From the NCBI GenBank assembly GCA_000388065.2, contig KB932204.1: a DNA stretch of 58,875 nucleotides. One strand, given 5' to 3'. The stretch's first letter is position 1. The number at the start of each line of letters is the position of its first letter. Both the position numbers and the translations under genes were made by a program. Of this stretch, positions 22,748 through 34,500 are shown piece by piece. Source of the stretch: Fonticula alba ATCC 38817 (lineage: Eukaryota > Protista > Nucleariida). The notes beneath the pieces are model-generated. The model worked only from the letters and a program-made list of their open reading frames with translations, had not been told where the DNA came from and searched no databases.

Positions 22748-23362
22748 TGCATGCCATATGGCCCGGGACCGCCATGCCCGCCGCGCAGCATGGACTCGTC
22801 ATGTCCTCCAGGCATCCCGCCCAGATGAGGCATCCCCCCGGAATAGGGGTCATCCGGATGCAACAGCTTGCCAGTCGGGTGCACCCCCGGGGGGAGAGGC
22901 CGCTGGCCGACACCCTGCAAGTGGCCGCCATGCATGTCGAGATTGCCCTTATCGCCCTGGGGGTTGGATTTCTGAATTGCCCGACAGGCCCGGGGCCGGG
23001 AAGAAAAGGCGCGAAGGGGAGGAGCGAGTGAGCTTGGACGGGCCGAGCCGAGCCGAACAAAATGCAGGCGAGGCGCAGGCAGGAAGGGAGGAGGGGCTTG
23101 CGCTGTGCGGCATCACAGGGCCGCACCAGCGCCAGAGGGCATGTACCTTGCGTTTGATCTCCGGCACGAACTCCGGCTTGCCACGGAGGAAAAGCGGGTG
23201 GGCAAACTCCCACATGCGCAGGAGGGCGGGCTCATCATCGCTGGCGTCCTCCTGTGCGCCGAGCATGCGCCTCTCAAAGCCGGCCTCATTGGCGTCCTCA
23301 TCGTCGCCGCCCTCCGCCGGCTGGTGGGAGGGAAAGTTCGGGAATTGGGCATGGTATTGTTG

Positions 23363-23402
<40 letters not shown>

Positions 23403-24507
23403 CCGGACGACTGGTGATAGGGGCCGGACTCGGTGGACGCGAGGTCGGTGTTGTTGACCTTGTTGAAGCCATACATGTTGAGCTGGCGCACGAAGCTGAA
23501 GAACTTCGAGTGGTTGAAGTACTGTGCCAGGACATGGGCCTCGAGCTCCTTGCAGTCGATAATCAGGAAGGAGGTCCCGGTCTTGGACCACCGAATGATG
23601 TGTTGGCTGTTGGGGTTCTCGACCATGCTACGGGGCCCGGGGCGGACGGATGTCAAGATGTGTCAGCTGGCAGCCGGGCGTGCGAGTGCGCGCGAAGAGA
23701 GAGGGAGCATATGAAGACGAGGGTGCGAGCAGGGGTGCGGGGCGGGGGGGGGGGAGTAAGCAGGGGTGCGGGCCATCGGAGGGGGAGAGATACAGCGGGC
23801 TGGCTGATCGGAGGGGGAGAGACACAGCGGGCTGGCTGATCGGAGGGGGAGAGACACAGCGGGCTGGCTGGTGCGCGCGGGAAAACCCCCAAGGCAGGGG
23901 GAGGGGCGCCGGGCCAGAGGAAGGCAACGTACCGCCGAACACGCGGACAACCGCGCCAAAGCGCTCGGTCACGTAGGTCCCGAGGAAGCGGTCGACCAGG
24001 CAGCGCTGGAGCCGGTTGAAGGAGAGCGACGACTCGCTGGTCCTGGGGCGAGTGGGTGCGCGCGCCCCGGAGCCGGGGACGAGATCGCGGTCGCGGTGGG
24101 AAAGTCCGTGAGGATGCGGCCGNNNNNNNNNNNNNNNNNNNNNNNNNNNNNNNNNNNNNNNNNNNNNNNNNNNNNNNNNNNNNNNNNNNNNNNNNNNNNN
24201 NNNNNNNNNNNNNNNNNNNNNNNNNNNNNNNNNNNNNNNNNNGGGCGTGCGAGTGCGCGCGAAGAGAGAGGGAGCATAGGGGGGGGGGGGGGGGGGGAGG
24301 CACAAAAAAGGGGCGACCGGGGGACAGGTTTACGCACCGGAAAAGCCGGTACACAAAGGTCTCGGACTTCTCGTCGATGCCCGGCCAGCTGGCCATGGAA
24401 GCGATGGATTCCTCGGACAGGGGGGTCACCATGGGCGGGAGTTGCCGGACGAGGAGAGTGTCCGGCGACTCGAGCTTCGGGGATTGGGACATGCAGTCGT
24501 CCTGCAT
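20117..24507 (-). CDS. HSF-type (heat shock factor family) winged-helix transcription factor; exons 24507-24338, 23627-23147, 22971-22053, 21855-20117; 1102 aa
   Basis: DNA-binding domain TFVYRLFRMVENPNSQHIIRWSKTGTSFLI...VLAQYFNHSKFFSFVRQLNMYGFNKV...WEFAHPLFLRGKPEFVPEIKRK. Exon lengths sum to 3309. Orthology to HSF1 versus Sfl1/Skn7-like paralogues is unresolved. Confidence 0.92.
23775..23870. repeat. Minisatellite, 3 x 32 bp ([32 protein letters not shown]) within HSF intron 1 region
   Basis: Units at 23775-23806, 23807-23838 and 23839-23870; one T/C difference. Confidence 0.95.
23933..24122 (-). other. Exon-like coding fragment foreign to HSF, lying inside HSF intron 1
   Basis: Strong C/G3 codon bias (...SESSLSFNRLQRCLVDRFLGTYVTERFGAVVRVFG) ending in the donor G|GTACGT. 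5' end is lost in gap 24123-24242. Confidence 0.55.
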
Positions 24508-27500
24508 GGTTCCGGCGAGCGGGGAGAAAATGGCCGAGGCCCGGCAGGGAGAGGAGAGAGTGGGGCGCGGGTGCCAGATTGCGGGCCCAAACACGTTCGG
24601 GCCAGCGCTCGCAGGGGCAACAGCAGTGGCAGCAGCGGCGGAGGCTGGCAGCGGCGGAGGCTGGCAGATGGGAAGGGAGGGAGGTAGCGGAGGGTGCAGG
24701 AACAGTCCCTTGCGCGAGCAGGCGAGCGGGGGGGGGGGAGGGAGGGGGAGAGGGAAAGAGAGGGAAAGAGAGGGAATTTTATGCCCCCCACGCCTCCCCC
24801 CAAGAGGGGGGATCGTTGGGCCCCGGGCGGGCGGCACTTGTTTTTCCCGGCGTCCCCCCGCCCCCCNNNNNNNNNNNNNNNNNNNNCCCCCCCCCTTCCC
24901 CTGGGCACAGTCACTAGGAGAGTGACCTTGGTCGGTGGGCGGGGCCGACAAAGTGGCTGACTCACGTTCGAGACCGCTGCATCTCGCTGCCCGGGACCAC
25001 CGGCACAAAAGGGGCCGTGGCACAGGTGTTCCAGCCGGGGCCCGCTTGGCTGGCGAGCCGATCTCTCGCGACGGGAAAACAGCCGCGCTCCTACACAAAC
25101 ACACATACGCACACGCTTGCGTGCCGATCGCAGCTGGCCCTCCGGTGTTCCCCGTCCGGGCCCCCCCCCCCCCCTGGGCTCGCCTCACCTGCCCCGGCGA
25201 CGTGGACCGGACCCAGGCGGGCCCGGCGGCCGGGGGACTCTTGCCGGGACCCGCGCCGGGCGCTCCCCAGCCTCGGCCCTTGCCCGCCCGCCCGCCCGCC
25301 CGCCTCCTTGCATGCACCGCCGGAGGACGTATGACGCATGTGGGGGGCGCGCCCGCCGGTCTTGGAGGGTGCGCGCGCGCCCGCGGAGCAGAGGGGAGGG
25401 GGGGGGGGGGCGGGGCAGGGGACGCTCTCCCACACGGCCTGGAGACCATCCGACGACTGCGGGGGCTTGGGCCCGCTCGCCTCCGCGGGAATTGGCAAAT
25501 GCGCCTTTCGATCGACCTGAGAGAGCCCCGGCCGAGGGCCCGGAGTCCGGTCGCGCGCGCGCGCTCGCGCGACCGCTGCTCAATTGACCCCCCCCACTGC
25601 CCTTGGTACGGGAACGCCCCCCATTGGCGCCCCCTCGCGGCCGGGGGAACGCTGCCCGCCCACCCGGCCCGACCCGGCCCGGCCCAGTCCGCCGTCGAGC
25701 CGGCATCCGAAACCGAAACACCTCTCCAATAATGTTGCTCATCTCAAAAATCTTCCCCAACCCCTCCGCTGACCCCGGGCTTGGGCGGCTTTCGGGGAGA
25801 GAGGGGGGGGGGGCCGGGCAGCCTGGCCGCCGGCACCCAGGGACCGCGGGCGGGGACCGACCAGGGGGCCAGCGGCGAGTTTTTTCCTTTCTCCCCGAGG
25901 CGGGCGCCGGCTTTCACGCCCGGCCGCGCAGCCAAGACGCGGACGGCGACGCGCGACCCCCGCCCCCCCCCCCCCTCCCCAGGCCCACACCCTCGCCACA
26001 CACTAGCCTGGCCGGACGGGTTGTTGTCGACCGAGGAGCGGCACCGGGCCGGGCGGAGCTGCGCGCCACGGCACGCGCGCGAGGCACGCGCACACGTTTC
26101 CGACGTCCAGGGGAAGTAAATTCTCGGAACATGCACCGGGGCCCCTTTTGTCGCTCGGAGAAGCGCCGGCCGGAGAGGGGGCGAGCAAGGGCCCGCCTGC
26201 AGCCACCAACGCCATGCGAGCGAAGAACCACTCGCCAGTGTGTCCTGGCCGACGTGCGCTTCTCTCGCTGCCGGTATTCCCACGATGGACGTGTTCTGCG
26301 CCGCGAGGCGGGTGTAACTCCCGGCAAACCTGCGCGCACACGGGGGATGTGGGTGCGCGAGAAGGCGCGGGCGCGTGCACCCAGCCCGTCCTGCCGTTCC
26401 TCGGGCACGCCCCTCCCCGGCTCCTGCTGCCTGCCTGGCGTTCCGGCCGGCAGATGCCTTCCCGATTGGTCGCGCCCCCGCGATGCTGCGTGATGTTCCC
26501 CGGGCGGGGCGTGATCCGGCACAGGGTGTGAGGTCTCACTCGTTTGCTGGGGCTTGCGAACGCAGACTCTCCCGAAGGAGAACGCCAGACCGTGCGCTCG
26601 TCTTGCATGGTTGGGGGGGGGCTCCTGCGGCCAGCGGTCGCCGGCCCGGGTGCCGGACACCTCGCGAGAAGGCGTGCCTGAGTGAGTGGCGGCCAAGCAG
26701 GCCGCCCCGTTTCAGTCATCTGTGCGCCGCTCCCCCCCCCCCCTGCGAAGGGGTGCAACCCGATGGACGGCCTCGCCCCCGAGAAACGAGAGGGACGAAG
26801 AGGGGGGCCAGTGCACGTCAGAGCCAGCGGATAATATTATTCCGCGGCGCAGGCGAACATGCGCTGGAGGGAGAGGGGGTAATGACTGGCGTCTGTCTGG
26901 GAACACACTTTGCCGCGGCCGCGCCACTCGGCGATGCCCCAGCCGGCCGGAGGCGCCTCCGGGAGCGGAGGACGCCCCCCCTCCCCCGGGGCCTGAGTAG
27001 AAGATCCCTCTCTCTCCGGGTCTCGGCACTGCCCGGGCCACCCGGGAGAATCATTCTGACTTCGTCGAACGACACCAGATTCGGCACACCGGCGCCAAGG
27101 CCACATGCACTGTGCTCACGCACACCGATGAAGCTCCCGGGCAGATCTCCCCAGTCACGGGATGGGCATGATCTGCCGGCCCCGCGGCATCCTCCAGCCG
27201 GCTGGCCGCAAGCCGGAGAGCACGGCGGAGGCCCCGCCCGGTGTCTCCGCAATGCGCATGGCTAGAGCCAACAACCGGTCTCCGCCTGCTCTGTGCTCGG
27301 GACTGCTCATCAAGACTGGTATGCTAAAGTGGCTGTGCGTCCGCTGCCCGTCAGCACTGTCCAGGTGCTCCGGCGGCGGCGGCGGCGGCGGCGGTGGCGA
27401 TGGAGGGCTTCTGCTTTCGACCGACGAAGACCAGAAGCCCCCCCCCCCGATGAAGAACAACAAGCAGCTGTTTTGGACTGCCGTCCCCCCTTGCTGGGGC

Positions 27501-28179
27501 AGGCCCTGCTCCGCGGCCGACCCCCAGGGGGGGCCCCTGAATAGCCCGCCGGCCCGGTGTCCTCCGCTCCCCCCTCCCCTGCCTCCGGGCCCTGTGGCTG
27601 ATGGTTTTTTTTTTGGCCCGGAAACATCCGCTAGAGCGGTCGGGGTGAGTGCATGTTGTGCATTTTCAAAATGGTCTGAGGCGAGGGGGGGGGGGGGGGG
27701 CGGGGTCGGCCTGTTCGCCGCAAAATTCCTCCAGTCCTGATGGCTGGTCGAGGGCGGGGGTGAAGAAGCCTGCGGGAGGAGTGGAATGAGCATTTCATAT
27801 CCCAGCTCAATATACGTCTTCCGGTTGGACGCCCTCCCCCATCCCCCCAGAGGCATTGCAGTTGGTGGGCTGGCGCCCGCGGATTGGGGGATCCCTCCCG
27901 CCGGGGGCATTCCAGCCACCCCGCGTGCGGCCTCCAGCTGCGGGGGGGGGGCAGCAACGTGCGGGAGCCCCCCCTGACGCTACTACCACCGCCACCGCCG
28001 TTGCCAGTGTCCGCTCTCGAGTCGAGAGCCACCAGGGTGCGCATCCGTCCCGGCCAGGCGCCCCCCCACACAGACGCTCCCCTCCCCCCTCCTTTCGCCC
28101 CTTGCATCGCCCCCCACTGGGCACACGCACACACGCACGCGCGCGCACACACACACACACACACAAACATACACACGCC

Positions 28180-28957
28180 ATGTCCGCTCTCACCATCTTC
28201 TTCAACCTGGTCAACCTGGTGGTGGGTGGCCTCATCGCCGCCGCCGGTGTCCTCCACTGCATCAGTGCCCTGACCCAGCACATTTCGGTGGGCTTCACGC
28301 TCTTTGTCATTGGCATGTACCTCTGGTGCGCTCTCCCTTTTCTGCCCTGCTTTACGTTGCGCTGTCCTGCGCTGTCCTGCGCTGTCCTGCGCTGTCTTGC
28401 ACTGCCCTATGCTGTCCTGCACTGCTCTATCCTGCTCCACCCCACACCGCTCCGCGCTCTCCCCCACACCGGTTGCCACCTGCCACTCACGACATATCTC
28501 CCCTGGCCAGCTTCTTTGGCGTGGTGATTATTCTCACCGAGATGTGGATCCCCACTCTCGTCAGCCAGTACTGCGGCTTCCTCATGTCCTTCCTCGGCAA
28601 GGGCTTCTCCTACATCTTGTGCGCCGGGGCACACCCATCTGCCTGCCTGCCTGCCTGCCTGCCTGCCCGCCTGCCCGCCCGCCCGCCCACCCGTCCACCG
28701 ACATTCCACATTGTCACTGACCTCCCCCCCCTGCCCCTTCCTCCAGCCTCGGCTTCCTGATCATCGGGCCCCCGGAGGCCACCTTTGACTTTGTGGTCGG
28801 CCTCATTGTCATCATCATCGGCGTGGTGTACATCATCTTCCAGTTCTGCCCGGTCCCCCGGCCACGCCCGATCACCGCCTGCGCCGGAAACGGCCAGTCC
28901 TCCCCTCGACAGACCTCCTCGGCCAAGACCACCACCCGCACCACCCAGACCGTCTGA
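28180..28957 (+). CDS. TVP15: COPI-associated Golgi membrane protein (TVP15/COPI_assoc family); exons 28180-28325, 28511-28618, 28747-28957; 154 aa
   Basis: Small 4-TM protein with YCGFLMSFLGKGFSYIFLGFL, matching the family F-L-x-S-x-x-G-R/K-G-x-x-Y-I-F-x-G pattern. Lengths sum to 465. Confidence 0.8.
28361..28430. repeat. 10-bp tandem repeat (gctgtcctgc), 3 perfect plus 4 degenerate units in TVP15 intron 1
   Basis: Direct reading. Confidence 0.9.
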
Positions 28958-29281
28958 TGAAGGCGCACACAACGTTCGCTGGCGAACCCCGGTGGCTATA
29001 TACCCGCCCCCCTCCCCCCCCCCTCCCTCTCTATACAACATTGTCCCTTTCAATTTACATCTCTTCTCCCCCCGGTCCCGAGCTCCCCCCCCCCCCCTCT
29101 TTGCAACGTCAGCGCCCACATGGTATGTTTGTGCGCCAGGGGGAGCAAAAGACATGTGTGTGTGTGTGTGCGTGCGTGTGCGTGGGAGGAAAAGGGAGAA
29201 GGCAGAAGAGCACGCTCTGTCCATTGAAATGCCGGGAGGGGCATGTTTTCCCCGCACAGCGAGACGGCAGCCGAGACCGCA

Positions 29282-31539
29282 TCACAGGTCCTCGGTGGCG
29301 AAGCCGGGCATCGGGAACTGCACGCTCAGGTCGTGAACGGCCGCGCGCAGAGCCAAAAAATCCGCACGCAGGGCAGCCTGCCGGGAGGCGGCCTCGGCAT
29401 CGGCCTCGGTCCCATTCTCCGCGGCGGCCGGCTCGGCCTTCAGGGCGTCGATGTAGGCGCCAAAGTCGGCCAGCCGGGTGGCCGGGGCCACGGCCGTCTG
29501 GATGGCCAGCGCCAGAGCCAAGGCCCGATCCAGCAGGCCGGCGACCTGGACCATGTGCTCCGGGCCGAAGGAGCGCGACGTGAGGGCTGGCGTGCCGAGG
29601 CGCACGCCGCCCGGGGACAGGGCCGACTTGTCGCCATGGATGGCATTCTTGTTGACGGAGATGCTACGGCCGGAGAGGTCCGCGGAGGTAGATGGAGCAG
29701 GAAGAGCCAGGGAGGGGGGGGGGGGGTGGACCAGTCAGAGAGGCGAAGCAGGAAGAGGAGGAGGGGGCGAGGAAAGCCTCCGGCCAGGACTCGCGGCTGG
29801 CGCATCGGGTCCGGAGGGGGAGGAGGCATGTGCACACGTACTGGATCTCGTCGCACAGGCGCTCATACTTGCTGCCAGTCAGGCCGACCGGGCGCAGGTC
29901 CCACAGAACGATGTGGTTGTCCGTGCCGCCGGTGACGATGGTGTGTCCGGCATCGGCCAGGCACCGGGCCAGCGCCTGGGCATTGGTGACCACAGCCTGG
30001 GCATACTGCGCGAACTCCGGGCGGGCCAGGTGGCCGAGGGCCACGGCCGTGGCGGCGATGGTGTGGTTATGCGGGCCGCCCTGCAGGCCAGGGAAGACCG
30101 CCTGCTCTCGGGGGAGGAGGGGGGGGGGGGGAAGGGCGGAGGGAGAGCCGAGGACTGGGCGCTGGCAAAGCGGCGACCAGGGAGAAAAGAGAGGGCGCGT
30201 GTGCGCCAGATGCAGAGGGGCGGCATGAAGGGCAGACGGGCGGGCAGGTGGGCCGACGGCGGGGGGGGGGGGGGGGGGATACACGCACCTGGTTGATGCG
30301 CTGCTCCAGGTTGTGGCGATCCCGACGGAAGAAGATGATGCCGGCGCGCGGCCCGCGGAGGGTCTTGTGCGTGGTGGTGGTGACCACATCGCACCACTGG
30401 AAGGGGTCGGCCAGGATGCGCGCCGACACCAGGCCGCTGATGTGCGCCATGTCGCACAGGAGCAGGGCCCCGACGGAGTCGGCGATGGCGCGCAGCCGCG
30501 GGTAGTCGAAGTCCCGCGGGTAGGCCGACGCGCCGCAGATGAGCAGCTTCGGCCGGAAGGACAGGGCCACGGTCTCCAGGTGATCGTAGTCAATCAGCCC
30601 GGTGGCCGGGTCCACCCGGTAGGGGACCGACGAGAAGAAGGCCGAGGTGGCGCTGACCTTGCGCGTGGGCGTCTGGAAGCCGTGGGTGAGGCTGGGGTCC
30701 GGCATCGGGGAGGGCCGCAGCAGAGGTGGGAGGTTAGTTCGCCGGGCGCCAGCGACGCATGAACAGGAGGCCCAGCAACGCACTGCCCGCCGCTCGGCAG
30801 GTCCAGGCCCATGAGGCGGTCCCCGGGGGCCAGGATGCCATAGTAGACGGCCATGTTGGCCGAAGAGCCGGAGTAGGGCTGCACATTGCAGGCCCACTGC
30901 TCGGGGGAGAGGTTGAAGGCGCGCAGGGCGCGGGCCTGGGCCAGACGCTCAAGCTTGTCGACATTCTCCGTGCCGCCATAGTACCGGGCGCCGGGGAGGC
31001 CTGTGCAGTGTGCATGTGTCCGCCAGGACGGCAGGAGAGGTCAGTGTGAGACCCAACAGGGGGCGGGCCTGGGTCTGGGCAAGGGGGATGTACCCTCGGA
31101 GTACTTGTTGGTGAGGCAGCTGCCCAGGGCCTCGATCACGGCCTGCGAGGTGAAGTTCTGTGCGGCACGCGGCGATGGGTCGGGGTGAGCACGGGGGCAC
31201 GCAGTATCTGGCAGAGGATCGGATCACGGGGGGGGGGGGGGGGAGGGAAGTGTGCCAAGGTCCGAGACCGTACCTCGGAGGCGATGAGCTCGAGACCGGA
31301 AAACTGGCGACGCTCCTCGTCCTTGATGATGGCAAAGACCTCGGGGTCATCCTGCTGGAGGGGGGTGTTGAGGAAGCCGTTCTGGCGGGAGGGGGGATCG
31401 GTGCGGGCGCGCAATGTGAGCGCCAGGCGACGGCACGGAGAGGGGCGGCATGAAAAAAAAAGAAAAGAAAGGAAGGAGCGCGGCCGGTGAGGACGAGCAG
31501 GGGGCAGGGGGCTTTTCGCACGTAGGGAGCCGTGTCCAT
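29282..31539 (-). CDS. SHMT: Serine hydroxymethyltransferase; exons 31539-31522, 31381-31274, 31157-31094, 31000-30784, 30691-30289, 30101-29842, 29663-29282; 483 aa
   Basis: [61 protein letters not shown]-lysine motif [45 protein letters not shown]. Lengths sum to 1452. Confidence 0.98.
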
Positions 31540-34500
31540 GGTGGGGGTAGGGGGCGTTTGGCGGAAGCGCGGGCGTGGGCACGGGNNNNNNNNNNNNNNN
31601 NNNNNNNNNNNNNNNNNNNNNNNNNNNNNNNNNNNNNNNNNNNNNNNNNNNNNNNNNNNNNNNNNNNNNNNNNNNNNNNNNNNNNNNNNNNNNNNNNNNN
31701 NNNNNNNNNNNNNNNNNNNNNNNNNNNNNNNNNNNNNNNNNNNNNNNNNNNNNNNNNNNNNNNNNNNNNNNNNNNNNNNNNNNNNNNNNNNNNNNNNNNN
31801 NNNNNNNNNNNNNNNNNNNNNNNNNNNNNNNNNNNNNNNNNNNNNNNNNNNNNNNNNNNNNNNNNNNNNNNNNNNNNNNNNNNNNNNNNNNNNNNNNNNN
31901 NNNNNNNNNNNNNNNNNNNNNNNNNNNNNNNNNNNNNNNNNNNNNNNNNNNNNNNNNNNNNNNNNNNNNNNNNNNNNNNNNNNNNNNNNNNNNNNNNNNN
32001 NNNNNNNNNNNNNNNNNNNNNNNNNNNNNNNNNNNNNNNNNNNNNNNNNNNNNNNNNNNNNNNNNNNNNNNNNNNCCGCCGCATGCCGCCCCGGGGCCTT
32101 GGCGGGCCGAGGGGGGAGGGGAGTCGAATCTAGACGCGAGGGGACCCTCTGGGCCGTGCCCTGTCTGCGGCGCCTGCCCGCCGAGGGGCCGAAGCCGCAG
32201 ACGTGCCAGCTTGTGCGTGCGCGTGTGCGAATCTCGGCCATTCCAAGGCGCCAGCGGGCGCCAAGGTCGTGCTGCTGGGGCTCCGGCCCTGCTGGGGGCG
32301 AGGGGAAGGGCCCTTTGCGCCGGTTTGCCGCGGCCAGCCCGAGCGGCGGCGAACAGGACCCGGAAGACCGGCCCCCGCAGGGCGACCCAGGCGCACGTTC
32401 AAGCCGGGCCGCGCTCCGCCTGTGCCTCTGTCCTCCTCCTCCCGGGGGGGGGGGGGGGTGGGTAGGGCGCGGAGAAGGAGGAGCATGGGGAGCTGATTCA
32501 TACGTGCCCGCAGGTGCGCGGGGCGAAACGGCCGACGATCAGCGAGAGCCAACAGCCGCACCGCCGCACACACAGTTGGGCGAGCGGTGGCAGGGTGCCG
32601 CTGGCCGACCCGGGGGAGGGGGGAGGGGGGCCGCGGGCCGGGGTATTTCACATGCAACGGGGCGCACGGGGGGAGGCAGCATTTTCATGCCTCGGTGGGT
32701 ATGTCTGCCGGGTGTGCTCGCGGCCGGGGCCGAGGCCGCGCACGAGGGGGCCCACGATCGGCGGCGGCCAGGGCGGAGCGCCGGGTTAAGTCGGGCACAT
32801 GATGAGCGACGGCGCGGCGTTAGCTGGTGGCACTTCCGGGCGCCGGATATCCCATGATCTGAATTGGGTGCTGAAAGGGTGGAATGGGAGTGCCCATGGT
32901 CGGGTGCCATTGGAGTGCCCACTGAGGCCGCCCCTTTCGGCTGCCCAGGCGGGCCGGCGTGGCCCAGGTGAAACACCCGGGGGCCTTGGCTGTGGTGTGC
33001 GGAGCGTCAGGGGAAGCGCGGGGGGGGGGGGNNNNNNNNNNNNNNNNNNNNNNNNNNNNNNNNNNNNNNNNNNNNNNNNNNNNNNNNNNNNNNNNNNNNN
33101 NNNNNNNNNNNNNNNNNNNNNNNNNNNNNNNNNNNNNNNNNNNNNNNNNNNNNNNNNNNNNNNNNNNNNNNNNNNNNNNNNNNNNNNNNNNNNNNNNNNN
33201 NNNNNNNNNNNNNNNNNNNNNNNNNNNNNNNNNNNNGGGGGGGGGGGGGCAAGGAGCGCAGCGTGTGCCCGCAGGTGGAGTCTCGAGGGGCCACAGGGGA
33301 CCACCCCTCCAGGGGAGGAGGGGGAGAATTCTCGGATGCGCCAGCAGGAGGGGGGCCAAAAGGGGGTCCCGGCGGCGAGGGCGCGCTCGGCTGGGCGTGG
33401 GAGGCGGCTGGCGGACAGACGGCGTTCTGAGATTCCCCCCAGGACGGAGGGCGGGCGGGCGGGCGCAGGGGAGGCACCATGCTCTGGCCCACGGTCGGAG
33501 GAGCGCGCCGGAGTTGCGCGGGCGTGAGCGCCGGTCTCCAGGTCGCGCGAATTCGGCGCCGGCCGACGAAGGGCCCGGCCAGCACTACGTGAATGTGGGG
33601 CCAGCGCGAGGGAGGACGGGGCGCCGGCGGCGCTGTGCAATTTCCCCCCCCCGAGGTCCAGCACCTCGGTAGGGGGCGCGGCCGGCGGGCGAAGGGCGAA
33701 CTTGGCCTCGGTCGGCCGAAGCACCGGCGTCCATTCGGGCCGACGTCGGAATAATTGCGTTCCGGCGCGCCAATCGAGGCCGGCCGCCGGCCCCACAAGT
33801 GTGTCCGCCCCCTGGTCCCCGGGGCTGGGGGGGGGGGCGGGGGCGGGGAGAGTCCCTCGCGGATCCGGGGGGCCTTCAGTTCGGGATGCCGCTCGACGGC
33901 TAGTGTGTCTCCCGGCACCGGCGGTGGTCGCGCCCGGGCCCGGGGTGGCGGGGGACCTGGTGGGCCTCTGGCGGTATGTCTCCCTCTCGCAGGCCGGGGA
34001 GGAGGGCGGCGGGGGGACCGGCTCCTCGGGGGCCTGCTCCCCGGGTGACGGTGACGGGCGAATTACCCACGACCAAAGCGGCCGCGGCATGATGAATGTC
34101 CCCAGACGAAGGGGGTGAAACAGGGCGCCGGCCGGCGCCGGCTCACACGCATCGGCCGCCGGGTGGAGATTGTCCACACGGCGAGGTGCATCGGGGGTGC
34201 GGGGGGAGGGGGGGGAGCACCGCCGGCCGCCTCACAAGGGGGGCGGCAGATGGGGCGACGGACATGCAAGACGGGCCGGCCGGGCCCGTCCCCCCTTGAC
34301 TTGCCCGGGCGCTGCCACACTCCGCTGAGCGCCGTTCCCCCCCACCCCCCCCCCCCCCCCCGCTCGGGGCCCCCTTCCCCGGCCCGGCCGCCCGGAGTCA
34401 GGCAGGAAGGTGTGGAAGGCGGCCCCGCCGGGCAGTTGAAGCGGGCCCAGTGAAACGTCCTCCACCAAGAATGCCCGGACCGCCGGGGCGGGGGGGGGGG

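Noticed and set aside
27046-27171. Peptide FVERHQIRHTGAKATC resembling a C2H2 zinc-finger HTGEK linker
   Set aside because: No upstream CxxC, an in-frame stop at 26998-27000 and no ATG. Likely coincidence.
27155-27919. 254-aa minus ORF and 192-aa plus ORF between HSF and TVP15
   Set aside because: Codon usage lacks the C/G3 bias of real genes here; no domain or splice support.
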